DNA of 64,000 nt from Lepidodermella squamata (lineage: Eukaryota > Animalia > Gastrotricha). The translations under genes were made by a program, and so were the position numbers. Below are positions 52,194 to 63,346 of the stretch, piece by piece (within the stretch, counting starts at the first letter, position 1; every line of letters begins with the position of its first letter). The stretch spans positions 2,232,001-2,296,000 of the forward strand of contig JBLDXI010000025.1 of assembly GCA_047495785.1 (NCBI GenBank). Reading direction: 5' to 3'. The notes beneath the pieces were generated by a model, which saw nothing but the letters and a program-made list of their open reading frames with translations, searched no databases and was not told the DNA's origin.

Positions 52194-53234
52194 ATGATTT
52201 CTGCTGTAATTTTGCCCGTACTTCTCTTCGGTCTAACTTCAGGCCAATACACAAGCCATGAAACAGGTTGGACCCATAATGGTGGTGGCGGGGTGCGCTA
52301 CATCGATCAGCAGCACGTCGGCTGCCCAGATGGCCGCGTCCTGCGCCAGTTCCAAATGCAAGGCCATGGCGACTACATGAACTACCGTTACCAGTGCCAG
52401 CAGCCCGTCAACCACGGCAACACCTGGATGAGATACTCCGGCTGGCGGGGCATGTCAAAGGTCTGGGACCTACCGAACGCCCCAGTCGATTGCGGAGCAA
52501 ACGCGATGGTCAAGAATTTCCAGCTTAAAACAAACCCAGGGAACCAAGACGAATTCCAGTATGAATACACCTGCGCCTCGGTTCAGGAGGATTCTTGCGA
52601 CAACCACCACACCCAATGGGTGGGCGAAGGCAGCGGCCGTAACTGGCAACTCACCCCCTTGGATGTCGCCTGCCCCAACGAGAGGCCCCATCTTCAAAAT
52701 TTCGTGCTTGAGGCCATCAGCGGGCAATTACGGTACAAATACCGATGCTGCTCTGCCAAGGTGATCCACGAAACCTGCGACAACCCAACCGATCAATGGG
52801 TCGTCTTCCGGACCATTGACAACTTGGGAAGCAAGATTCCGCTCAAGCTGAAATACACGAAAACCGTCGGCATGTCGACTTCGACTTCAAGCAGCGAAAG
52901 TGGCGGTTCGAAGGAGACCTTCTCCACTGAAGTTTCCGTCTCAGTCAAGCAGACGTTCTCGTCCAAGCTCGGCTACAGCTACGTCACGTATCACGACTGG
53001 CGCTACGAGGAGACGAGCACGTTTTCGGGCAGCATTCAGACTTCGGTCGAATTCGAATGCCCGGCTCGAACTGAGTGCGACATTATGCAGGTCCTAGGCC
53101 AGTGTGGCATCTATTACGTGCGAACCGATGATATCAAAGTCAACACGTACGACAAGGAAGACCCACGGCCTGGCAAGCCGAGGAACGTTGGCTACTACAA
53201 CGCGAAAAATCACACAATCCAATGGCTCCATTAA
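52194..53234 (+). CDS. Secreted 346-aa protein: three Cys/Trp repeats + putative aerolysin/ETX-MTX2-like beta-pore-forming domain
   Basis: Signal peptide; three repeats (W..G...D...V.C....L..F....Y.Y.C); S/T-rich alternating strand region YTKTVGMSTSTS..FSTEVSVSVK..LGYSY..W; intronless; TATA at ~52136; AATAAA at ~53308. Confidence 0.75.
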   Translation: MISAVILPVLLFGLTSGQYTSHETGWTHNGGGGVRYIDQQHVGCPDGRVLRQFQMQGHGDYMNYRYQCQQPVNHGNTWMRYSGWRGMSKVWDLPNAPVDCGANAMVKNFQLKTNPGNQDEFQYEYTCASVQEDSCDNHHTQWVGEGSGRNWQLTPLDVACPNERPHLQNFVLEAISGQLRYKYRCCSAKVIHETCDNPTDQWVVFRTIDNLGSKIPLKLKYTKTVGMSTSTSSSESGGSKETFSTEVSVSVKQTFSSKLGYSYVTYHDWRYEETSTFSGSIQTSVEFECPARTECDIMQVLGQCGIYYVRTDDIKVNTYDKEDPRPGKPRNVGYYNAKNHTIQWLH

Positions 53235-54012
53235 ATGAGATGTGAACCAATCTAACCTGAATATTCTATCCATGCTTTTTTCTCGTCATTATCGAACATT
53301 CAGAAGTAATAAAAATGTCTAAACGAAATCAGAGCCTAACTTCTAGCAACGATACCACTAATCACCTTAACTGATTTTCAGGAATGAATTTCAAAATTCG
53401 CTAACAAAACTGCTTCTTGATTGAAACGACCAATTACCAAGTATTAGGGGCACAAGTGAATAAATCCAGAAATTTTAAGCTCGTTGGAGCTGTTTAGTCT
53501 CAAGAAACCAGGCTTAGTGCTAGTGACTAAAAATGAACTCTGAAACGGCCCAGGCGAACTATTCATGAGGTAAAATGAGTAAATTAACATATGTTTCATC
53601 CATTCCTGTCTCATCCGGACCGGTCCAAAAGGCTCGCAAGTCACCTGAATGGCCGATTTGCATGCTTTTTGATGTTTCACTACGGCGACCTTACAATAGG
53701 CTTCGAAAGACTCAATTCATGATCCACCAACCAAAGAGTTTTAATGTTTTTGTTTTCATTATTTTTCACTATCAAGGAATATGGAACACTCCATTTCCAG
53801 AATTCTCTTTCTGTCTTTTTCTCTAGTTCGTATTTTTGGATTCCAAACAAGGCCCAGGGTCAGTGGCTATAATTAGCGTGTTCTCACGGCGCAAGGTACG
53901 CCGATAAGACTTATCATTTTAGCGAACCAGAAAATTCACGCCACCAAAGTAAACAATTCTAGAAGTTTAGCGACATACGATGCATACGTAACCATTCCAC
54001 ACCGAAAGAAAA

Positions 54013-54978
54013 ATGCTTTTCAGGATTAGCTTCCTTTTGAGTGTCCTAATCGGCCTGACCTGGGGCCAATATACAAGCCATGAAACTGCGTGGACGCATG
54101 ATGGCGGTGGGGGTGTTCGATACATCGATCGACAGTATGTCGGCTGCAACGACGGCTGGGTCCTCCGTCAATTCCAGATGCAGAACAAAGGCGATTACAT
54201 GAACTACCGCTACCAATGCCAGCAGCCGTTGAACTACGCCAACTCATGGTGGCGTTACTCAGGCTGGAGGAGGATGTCAAAAGTCTGGGACCTGCCCAAC
54301 GCTCCTGTCGATTGCGGCTACAACGCCATGGTCCGGAATTTCCAGTTCAAAACTAACCCGAACAACCAGGACGAGTTTCAATACGAATACGTTTGCACAT
54401 CCATCCAACAAGACCAGTGCGACAACCACTACACGCAATGGGCGAGTGAAGGAAGCGGCCGTAACTGGCAGCTCACCCCATTCAACGTTGCTTGCCCGAA
54501 CGAGAGGCCGCACCTTCAACACTTCGTGGTCGAGGCTGTAAATGGCCAACTTAGGTACAGATACGGTTGCTGCTCATCCAAGGTGATTCATGAGACGTGC
54601 GACAACCCGACCGATCGGTGGGTCGTTTTCAAAACTGTGAGAAACATGTACAGTGGGGCTGCCTTGACTGAAACCTACAAAAAGCAAACGGGCATGTCTC
54701 GGTCAAGCGAGATTTCTAACAGTGGCGGCAGCTCTGAGCAGTTCTCCAGCGAAGTTTCGGTCAATGTTAAGAACGTGTTCGCGACTAAGCTGGGTTACAG
54801 CTACGAGACGTACCATGACTGGCGCTTTGAAGAAACTTCGTCGTTTCAGGGCTCAGTTCAAGTGGAAATGGAATTCACTTGCCCGCCTTACACGGACTGT
54901 GAACTATACCAGGTCATGGGACAATGCGGTTCTTTCTTCGTCCGCACCGATGACATAAAAGTCGTAACATCTGATTAA
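54013..54978 (+). CDS. Tandem paralog of the secreted Cys-repeat/aerolysin-like protein, 321 aa
   Basis: Colinear with 52194-53234 with conserved Cys pattern; lacks the C-terminal extension; intronless. Confidence 0.75.
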   Translation: MLFRISFLLSVLIGLTWGQYTSHETAWTHDGGGGVRYIDRQYVGCNDGWVLRQFQMQNKGDYMNYRYQCQQPLNYANSWWRYSGWRRMSKVWDLPNAPVDCGYNAMVRNFQFKTNPNNQDEFQYEYVCTSIQQDQCDNHYTQWASEGSGRNWQLTPFNVACPNERPHLQHFVVEAVNGQLRYRYGCCSSKVIHETCDNPTDRWVVFKTVRNMYSGAALTETYKKQTGMSRSSEISNSGGSSEQFSSEVSVNVKNVFATKLGYSYETYHDWRFEETSSFQGSVQVEMEFTCPPYTDCELYQVMGQCGSFFVRTDDIKVVTSD

Positions 54979-55376
54979 CCTATTCCAAAAAACCCAAAGA
55001 CATGAAAACCTATAGTTATAAATGAAAATTTGAAATCCTGATCCAGCAGAATAAAAATTTCGCTACTTATGATGTTTATCGAATGAACGAAGTGGGAAAA
55101 CCGTTCAAAAATTATGTTGACTGTGTTTTTCCAACACAGCTATTAGAGTGAAAACTTAATTAGAAATTTATTTTATCATTTTAGCGGGATCTTTGTCTTA
55201 TAACTTTCTGTGCAACAGAATTCTTAAATAAGGGCTACAGAGGTGAAAGAAGGTCGACTATTCGGCATACACAATCTTAAATTTGTAAAACAATAGGTTT
55301 TTTCCAGAAAAACCTCGTCTATATCACGTGTCTAAGATATATCAAATGTAAAAAGCTGGGGAATGCAGGAACGAAT

Positions 55377-56036
55377 TCAGATCCAACCATTTCGATCGGT
55401 TCTAGCTTGGGGCTTCCCGTAGTATCCACCGCGACGATCTTCGGACTTGCGATTGCCTGATAGGCGACCACGGCCCATATCTTCGTTGTCGTCATCGCGA
55501 TCCCAGCCGCCTCGGCCACCAGGCTGACGGTCGCGCTTCGCTTCTTCCATGCGCTTCTGCCATTTTTGATACTGCTTGTACTCGTCGCCGAAGCGCAGTT
55601 TAAGCCATTCGAGGAACGGTTTCATCCAGGAGTCATCATCAACTTTCTTAGTGTCATTCTTCGCCGTAGCATTGATCTTCGCGGTACCATTAACCCCTTT
55701 CGCGGCCGTTTCGTTGCTCAGCCTAGCGGGGTGTCTATCGCCACCACTTTGCTGCCAGTTCTCCCTATCGTCAAGATTGGGCCTGTAAAATTGCTTTTCA
55801 ATGTAGCGAATATGGAAGAGGCGATCCACAAGTACAACTCACCTATTATCATCGTTGTCATTGCCGGGCCTTGATCCGCGAATAGGTCTGTCCTGACCTA
55901 CTCCACGGAATCCACGGTCCCAATCATCGCCCTCAGAAGAGTCATCGTCGTCGTTCCAGTGGCGATTTCTATGAGAGTTGACTTGAGCAAGTTCGACGAG
56001 AACAACGAGACTAACTGTAACCAGCCAGGCTTTCAT
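55377..56036 (-). CDS. Secreted hydrophilic protein P2a, 199 aa; exons 56036-55843 and 55782-55377
   Basis: Signal peptide MKAWLVTVSLVVLVELAQVNS; 60-bp GT-AG intron in phase; N-glycosylation cluster (NET, NGT, NAT, NDT); amphipathic helix WMKPFLEWLKLRF; paralog at 58930. Confidence 0.8.
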
Positions 56037-56351
56037 TATGGTAAAATAAAACGTCTAAAATACAAAGATCATTAAAGTTGGAGCAACCGCCAAAAGAATG
56101 ATGGCATTTTTGCAAGTGCTTATTTCTTTATTTGGTGCACGATACTGGTTTTAACAAAGGCGATCAATCAAAGAATATTGAGAGATGAAGTAATATTTTC
56201 CTGAAATTTTGAAAACAATTATAGATGCATCGTAAACTCCTTCCGTGCTACAGAAGGAGTACATTTCGGCTTGCGAAAATAAAATAATTAAAACAGTTTG
56301 GTCAGCAGCATTGCTTACTGGTGCATGTTTTTGCAGGCTTCATTTAATTCC

Positions 56352-57603
56352 TTAGAAGCCGCCGCGGCGCTCCCAGGGTCCACGGTTGCCACCTTGGCGA
56401 CCTCCGCGCTGGCCCTTTCTGCCATGTTTCTCCTCATCGCTGTCGCTTGAATCGTCGTCGCGGTCGAAGCGTCCCTTACCACCAAAACCATCGTGAGGTT
56501 TCATGCCGCCAAATCCACCACGCTGACCACCGAATGGACGCATTTCACCGAAGCCACCATGGCGACCACCAAACGGGCCCATTTCACCGAAACCACCTTG
56601 ACGACCGCCGAATCGGCTCATTTCCCCGAATCCACCTTGACGGCCACCAAAGGGACCTGGTGGGAACCTGCCAGGACCGTGGGAGGGACCATGGCGCTCC
56701 TCGTCGCTGTCGTTGGAATCGTCATCGCGATCATGGCGTCCCTTGCCACCAAATCCACCATGGGGTTTCATTACTCCGAATCCCTCTGGGCGACCACCGA
56801 ATGGGCGCATTTCACCGAATCCACCACGACGACCACCAAAGGGGCCTGGCGGGAAAGCTGGGGGACCTGGGGGGAATCTGCCGGGACCGCGGGAGGGACC
56901 ATGGCGCTCCTCATCGCTGTCGTTGGAATCGTCATCGCGATCATGGCGTCCCTTGCCACCAAATCCACCATGGGGTTTCATTCCTCCGAATCCCTCTGGG
57001 CGACCACCGAATGGGCGCATTTCACCGAATCCACCACGACGACCACCAAAGGGGCCTGGCGGGAAAGCTGGGGGACCTGGGGGGAATCTGCCGGGACCGC
57101 GGGAGGGACCATGGCGCTCCTCATCGCTGTCGTTGGAATCGTCATCGCGATCATGGCGTCCCTTGCCACCAAATCCACCATGGGGTTTTTCATCTCCAAA
57201 ACCGGGGAATCCACCTTGACGACCACCGAATCGGTTCATTGGTCCAAAGCCACCACGGCGACCGTCAAAGGGTCCTGGAGGGAACTTGCCGCGACCGCGC
57301 GAAGGACCTCGTTCCTCGGAATCGTTCTGTTACAGCAAGGGATATAATAAGCCGATGAAATAAAGGTGTTGATAAAATCTTTACGTCATCATCATCGTCG
57401 TCGCTGCTGTCACTGCTGTCGCTGTCATCGTCATCAAATTTGCCTCCACGACGGCCGCCAAACGGACCTCCGAATCCCTTGCGGTCGCCCATCGGACCGC
57501 CGTGCCTCATTGGAGGCGCGCCTCCCATGGGTGGACGACGGGGCTCGGCCATCGCCACTGCGAACAGAGCTGCAAGAAGAGCTGCTACAACAAGACGCAT
57601 CAT
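56352..57603 (-). CDS. Secreted Gly/Phe/Pro/Arg-rich repeat protein GR2, ~397 aa; exons 57603-57385 and 57326-56352
   Basis: Signal peptide MMRLVVAALLAALFAVAMA|EP; 58-bp phase-0 intron; internal 70-aa repeat. Confidence 0.88.
56640..57190. repeat. Coding tandem repeat, 210-bp unit, ~2.5-3 nearly identical copies
   Basis: gggagggaccatggcgctcctc recurs at 56681, 56891 and 57101. Confidence 0.9.
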
Positions 57604-58929
57604 GAGATGTTTTACTGATTATGATAAAAAGAGAAGATTTGCTTGATGGAAAAGGCCTGCAACCTTCGGGGCCTTATATAGGCACAGTGTCAGGTCAAAA
57701 TTCCATCTTCCAATCAGGAAAAAGTGGCCAAGATAAGAGCTTAACCAGGGCGAAGGACAGTCGAGCCGGAATTCAAAGTTTTGATTGAAAATGAGATCAA
57801 ATTTTATCTGATTGAGATCAATATTATTATGGGAACCTTCCCTGTTTGCAATTTCTTCTTACCTGGGAATTATTGATTATTTCTGCCGTGTGAATTTTTC
57901 TGGTTATTACGGCGTCGTGTATCTACTAAACCACAATCATTGTTTTCCTTGTCGACTCTGATTTTTTCATCATTATTTTGGGTATCTTTCACGTATACAT
58001 GATAGAATACAAGTAAGGCAAAAAATTTGTGGAGATGATGCCTCACCTACAACAGCACGACTCATGCTCTGTTGTTCTCTTTGCCAGTAACACGTAATAA
58101 CGCGAAACCGCTAGCCCCGTTCCAGCCGCTTTGCTGTCTTGGCAACATCATTTTGACTTCATTGTGCGGAGCAATGTTTGACCTTGCAAAAATCAATCAC
58201 CGACTCCTGAATATCAAAATCAAGCTACATAATCGCTCACGTTTTTGAATAACCGAATTCACATTCAGATTTTGGAGCAGTGTGCATAGTAAGATTCTGA
58301 AGCTTAGGTGATTTTTATAGCCAAGCCGAAGAAACCAAAGGGTCTTCTTCCTGTTGTTTGCTGGCTTTCTGAAGCTGAGCAGGTCCAGTAACTCTATTCT
58401 TCACAGCGTATCCCTCGATTTCCGTCATAAAATAGGCGTGAATGGCGTGAAATGTGGAACCTTTAAAAGGACAGCAAATTTGCGCTTTTCCGAAACTCAA
58501 CAACTAGAAATATTTTCAGTTATCAGGATTTGACGATTTTAGACGCAACCAGCAACCGTAAGCCGGTTTCATCGGTGGGCGTCGATGGATATTCGCCCTT
58601 CACCCCGCTATTTCCGCCTCGGGCCTGCATAGCTAGCCTTTAGGCCATTATCATTCTTATTTCATCGTGATATTGTATATTTTGTGAAACCACCCATATC
58701 CCATGATATCTGAATCTCCTAGGAACACAATTTATTATATTTTTTTAGCGGCAACTTTATCCAACAGCATTCTATGTAAGAGATTTCTTGGCGAAGGTCT
58801 GAAATATGAATTACGGAGGCGGAACGGAATAGACTATTAAGAACTGTCCATCTTAAATCTTAAGTAAAAGTAGGTTTTTCCAGAGCTCATGTCTAGGAAA
58901 GCGAAGAGCAGAGAAATACAGATATAAAT

Positions 58930-59684
58930 TCAGTTCCAACGATTTCGATCGTTTCTAGCTTGGGGCTTGCCGTAACTTCCACCGCGACGACCTTCGGACT
59001 TGCGATTGTCTGATTGGCGACCACCGGCCATATCTTCGCCGTCATCATCACGATCCCAGCCACCTCGGCTAGCAGGCTGACGGTCGCGCTTTCCTTCTTC
59101 CATACGCTTCTGCCACTTTTGATACTGTTTGTACTCGCCATCGAAGAGCATTCTGAGCCATTCGACGAACGGCTTCATCCACGAATCATCGTCCTTTTTA
59201 GTTTCATTCTTCGATGTGCCGTTTACTTTCGCAGTATTGATGACCGGGCTTTTGGCCGTCTCGTTGCTCGGCCTAGCTGGGCGCCTGTGGGCACCTTTCT
59301 GCTGCCCGTCCTCAAGATTGGGCCTGCAATATTGGATTACATGATGGCAAACGGAGCGGTTTTGCATCAGGTATAGCTCACCTATTACTATCGTTATCAC
59401 TGCGTCTTGATCCGGGAATACGCCTGCCCTCGAGATTGGGCCTGCAAAAAAGGAATACGGTAAGCCGAATGAAATTAGTATTACGCGAGTAGAACTCATC
59501 TATTATCGTCGTTATCACTGCCCGGGCGTCCTAGTCCGCGAAAAAGTGCGCCACGGAATAAAAGATCCCAATAATCGCCCTCAGAAATGCCATCGTCGTC
59601 GTTCCAGTTGCGATTTCTGCGAGAGTTGACTTGAGCAAGGTCGATAAGAACGAGCAGACCAACAGTAACCAGCCAGGTTTTCAT
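58930..59684 (-). CDS. Secreted protein P2b (paralog of P2a); exons 59684-59500, 59441-59382, 59323-58930; first donor reads AT instead of GT
   Basis: Signal peptide MKTWLVTVGLLVLIDLAQVNS; extra 60-nt duplicated exon; AG|ATGAGT at 59499 vs AG|GTGAGT in P2a. Confidence 0.65.
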
Positions 59685-59992
59685 TTACAGTATAAGGCAA
59701 TTAAATAGTCTAAAAGAAACAGATTTATTACAGAAAGGCGAAAGAGAACCGCGAACAAGAGCCACCGAGTACTAGTGCGTATAATTTATTTCGTGCAGGG
59801 TAGTAAGCTTGAACACATCAATGAGCAATCAAGGAATATTAGAAGGGAATTTTCCTGAAATGTTAAAAATGAAATATAGTCGTATCTTCACTAATTCCGT
59901 GATGCAGAATGAGTGAAAACAAATATTCAAATCGTCTTTTCAGTAACACCGCTGCTTAGCAGCATTTGCGTTGTGGCTGCTAATCTTCGTTG

Positions 59993-60873
59993 TTAGAATC
60001 CGCCCCGGCGGCCGAAAGGTCCAGGGAATCCAGCGAAGCGGCCTTGGCTACGCTTGTTTCCGAAGCCACGGCTCATTTCTCCAAGTCCACCTTGACGACC
60101 CCCAAATGAAGGGAAAGCTGGGGGAAATGGAGGGAACATGCCACGAACAGGTGGAAAGCCAAGTCCTTCTTCATCACTGTCGCTCGAGTCGTCATCGTGG
60201 TCAACAGGTCCCTTGCCACCGTGAGGCTTCATCCCTCCTAAACCTCCGAATCCACCATGGCGACCCCCAAATGGAGGGAAAGCTGGGGGAAATGGAAATG
60301 GAGGGAACATGCCGCGAACAGGTGGAAAGCCAAGTCCTTCTTCATTACTGTCGCTTGAATCGTCATCGTGGTCAACAGGTCCCTTGCCACCGTGAGGCTT
60401 CATCCCTCCGAATCCACCATGACGACCCCCGAAACGGCTCATCCCTGCGAATCCACCATGGGGACCACCAAAGGAAACTGGAGGAACCGGCGGAAACATT
60501 CCGGGGAATCCACCGAATAGCCCTGGTGGGAACTTACCAGGGGGAAACTTGACGGGACCACGTGAAGGACCGCGTTCCTCTGCATCACTCTGTTACGGAA
60601 ACAAAAAATGGAATTAGCAATAACAAAGAAATATTCAGTTTTTACGTCATCGTCATCGTCATCATCATTGTCGCTGCTGTCTTCACCATCGAATTTGCCT
60701 CCACGAGAACCGCCGAATAGTCCACCGAATGGACCGCCAAACCCTTTCCGGCCATAGCCGCCTAGCGGACCACCATGTCCCATCGGAGGCGCGCGTCCCA
60801 TGGACGGAAAGCGGGGCTCGGCCATGGCCATCGCGAGCACTGCTGCAAATAGGGCCGCTATAACGAGACGCAT
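59993..60873 (-). CDS. Secreted Gly/Phe/Pro-rich repeat protein GR3, ~274 aa; exons 60873-60646 and 60589-59993
   Basis: Signal peptide MRLVIAALFAAVLAMAMA|EP; 56-bp intron at the same site as in GR2; two internal repeats (MKPHGGKGPVDHDDDSSDS). Confidence 0.88.
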
Positions 60874-61643
60874 CTTGAGATATTCAACTGATAGTGATTA
60901 CTAGAGAAGGTTTGCTCGATGAGAAGTGTTTGAAACCTCAAGGCGCTTATATACCCACCGTGGGGGTCAAATTCAATCCATCGCCGAAAAAGTTGCTGCG
61001 GCCAAAGCAAAGCCAGTGAAGGCGACAGTAGAACCTGGGCTCAATGTTATGTACTATTGAAAATGAACTTCATGTATAATGTGGGATGGCCCAAGTGGGA
61101 TAAACATGAACCTTAACTTGAGAAATATGCTCTCATGAAATTGTCTCAGTTTTTAGACTTGTCGACTATTCTTGCACCGCGATTTTTTCTGGTTACTACG
61201 GCGTCGTGTATCTTACTCCAAATCTGGTATGAATTATTGTATTCACGGTCGGCCAATTTTTTTAATCATGAAATATGGCCATCTTCTTCGTGTAAACATG
61301 CTAAACGAGTAAGACAAAATAACAAGTTTTTGATAATAACGCCTAATATACATCAGCACGACTCATGCTCCTGGATTTGTATTGCTATATTGGTCTGTAA
61401 CGCAAAACGCAAAAGAACATGCCATTCGTCGACTAACATGTTGTCATGGCAACTACGGCCAAATTCCGTCTTTGTAGAGGGCTGAATAGAAAAAAACATG
61501 CGTTGGCTGCTGCGAAATGCGAGATGCACAAGTAATACCATGAAGACGTTCAGCTCGGAGTAAAAATTGTGATCAGTTCTCCGCGATTGCTCAATTCAAC
61601 AATGCGTTTGACTTCTTTTCTGGGCACTCTATAAGCCATATAA

Positions 61644-61749
61644 CGCCTGTGTGAATTACGACCTACAAATGCCTACTAATGACTTGCTCGAGTGTTACTT
61701 CAAAAAAATGACAACTCCACTCCGGTGTTAGTCGTAATTCAAACAGGCC
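61644..61749. mobile_element. PIF/Harbinger-like MITE, ~106 bp
   Basis: TIR GCCTGTGTGAATTACGAC / GTCGTAATTCAAACAGGC (17/18), TAA/TTA-like flanks. Confidence 0.6.
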
Positions 61750-63346
61750 TTTAATGGCTCTAACAATGTTTGAGCGATCTCTCAAAATATTGCGGATCTC
61801 GAGTATGTTGAAGGATTCCATAGTCCCGAGTGCAGATACGATGGGAGACGATGGAAGATGCGATGGGGACTAAACACGGTGCATTTTCATTGGCGGTATT
61901 TGTTGATTGACAGTAGGTCTACATTTGGCGGTAGTCTGGGGGTTTCCTTTCAGCCAAGAATTGGTTGGATATCCTGATAAACTTGCTTAGCTTTTCTTTA
62001 TTTTTTATTGAATCAAATTTTTCCATTTTGAGACGTCAGTGGTCTAACGTTCGCTTTTCAATTTCTGAGACGATCACAATTTTTCGTGAATTCTAGTTTA
62101 CTCATGTAAGACGGAGAGATGCTGACAAAGGCCAGGCCCTGGATACACTCAAAACATCAGCTTGGAATGCATTAAATGTCAGGAAGAAAGCAAGATATAG
62201 AATCTAACTACAAGATACTATATATTAGATGTAAGAAAGATGAATAGATACTGAAACTACTTCCAGTTTCCAGAATGAGCCATGAATCCCGCTAGCCAAG
62301 TTTTCCCACGTGTTCTGATTAAAACGCCACTGCTACGTCATCTAGTGCGGGCGGACAAATGACCCACATTTATCAAGGATGAACCGTGTTTTGGACTATA
62401 TGCGAGATGCACGCAATCGATTCCCTCGGTCGATAGCATGCGCTTAACCATTGGGATGAAAATAAAAAAATAAATTAATGATATAGAAACGTACACTGGC
62501 TAGCCTGAATCAACAAGGAACAAGGCGACAAAAAATAATTCAGTCGAAAGAATTTGCTTGCGCTCATCACGATCCCTACTGATTACTTCTTCCAGTATAC
62601 TTACCGTATTTTATTACGATTTAGGTGACACTGCCCTACATTTCTTTTCAAACGAGGTCCAAGTCCTGCGTCCTGTCTTGCATTTAGTGTCTGTCTTTTA
62701 ATTTTTCGAACCTCATCCCTTATCAGTCAACCTGGTCAACCTCAAGAGTAACTGGATAAACAGCTAAAGACGCCGAATAACTGTTAGCTAGCAGAGACCA
62801 GAGACTTTGCTCAAGTATATTAAGGAGGATTAGTTGACTTCCTCTCGCAATCGCAGTATATCAAGCACCAACCAACTGTCCAGCATGTGCTCATGCAAAC
62901 CACGTTCTACTAGGCCCTACCTATTACTACAGTTTGCCCTTGTTATTTCGAATCATCTGGCTTGAAACTCGATTGTAACGGGTGATGTAAAATAATAAAA
63001 TTATTCTTAATTCTTCAAGAATTGGCGGCACGTGTTGCCACCTGGTAATTGAATTTGTCAGATTCGAAACGAATCGTGCCCGTGATCCAAATGCGAGACA
63101 TTTCTATTGCGACGCTGCATCTCACTACGTGGTAAAAGTGAACTGATTATTCGGACTTGTCGCATCGCACTGAGCCGTATCGATTTCTCTGCCGCGCCTC
63201 GCATGTCTTCTCCTCGTTTAGTAATGCGCGATAATATGTCAAAAGCTTTCAGATATTATTGGATACCTACATCTCTCTCACTGCCGCATTAATTCGCTTT
63301 TCAACCATCAAGTTCATTTGATTTTTAGTAACTGAAATAAAAAACT

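Noticed and set aside
56352-57326. RFamide neuropeptide precursor interpretation of GR repeats
   Set aside because: RF is followed by GG rather than G-K/R in most repeats, and dibasic flanks are inconsistent.
56447-57358. Long plus-strand ORFs (303, 284, 168 aa) and similar ones at 46858-47893 and 59971-60552
   Set aside because: Antisense shadows of GC-rich repetitive GR coding sequence; signal peptide, TATA, intron and polyA signals all support the minus strand.
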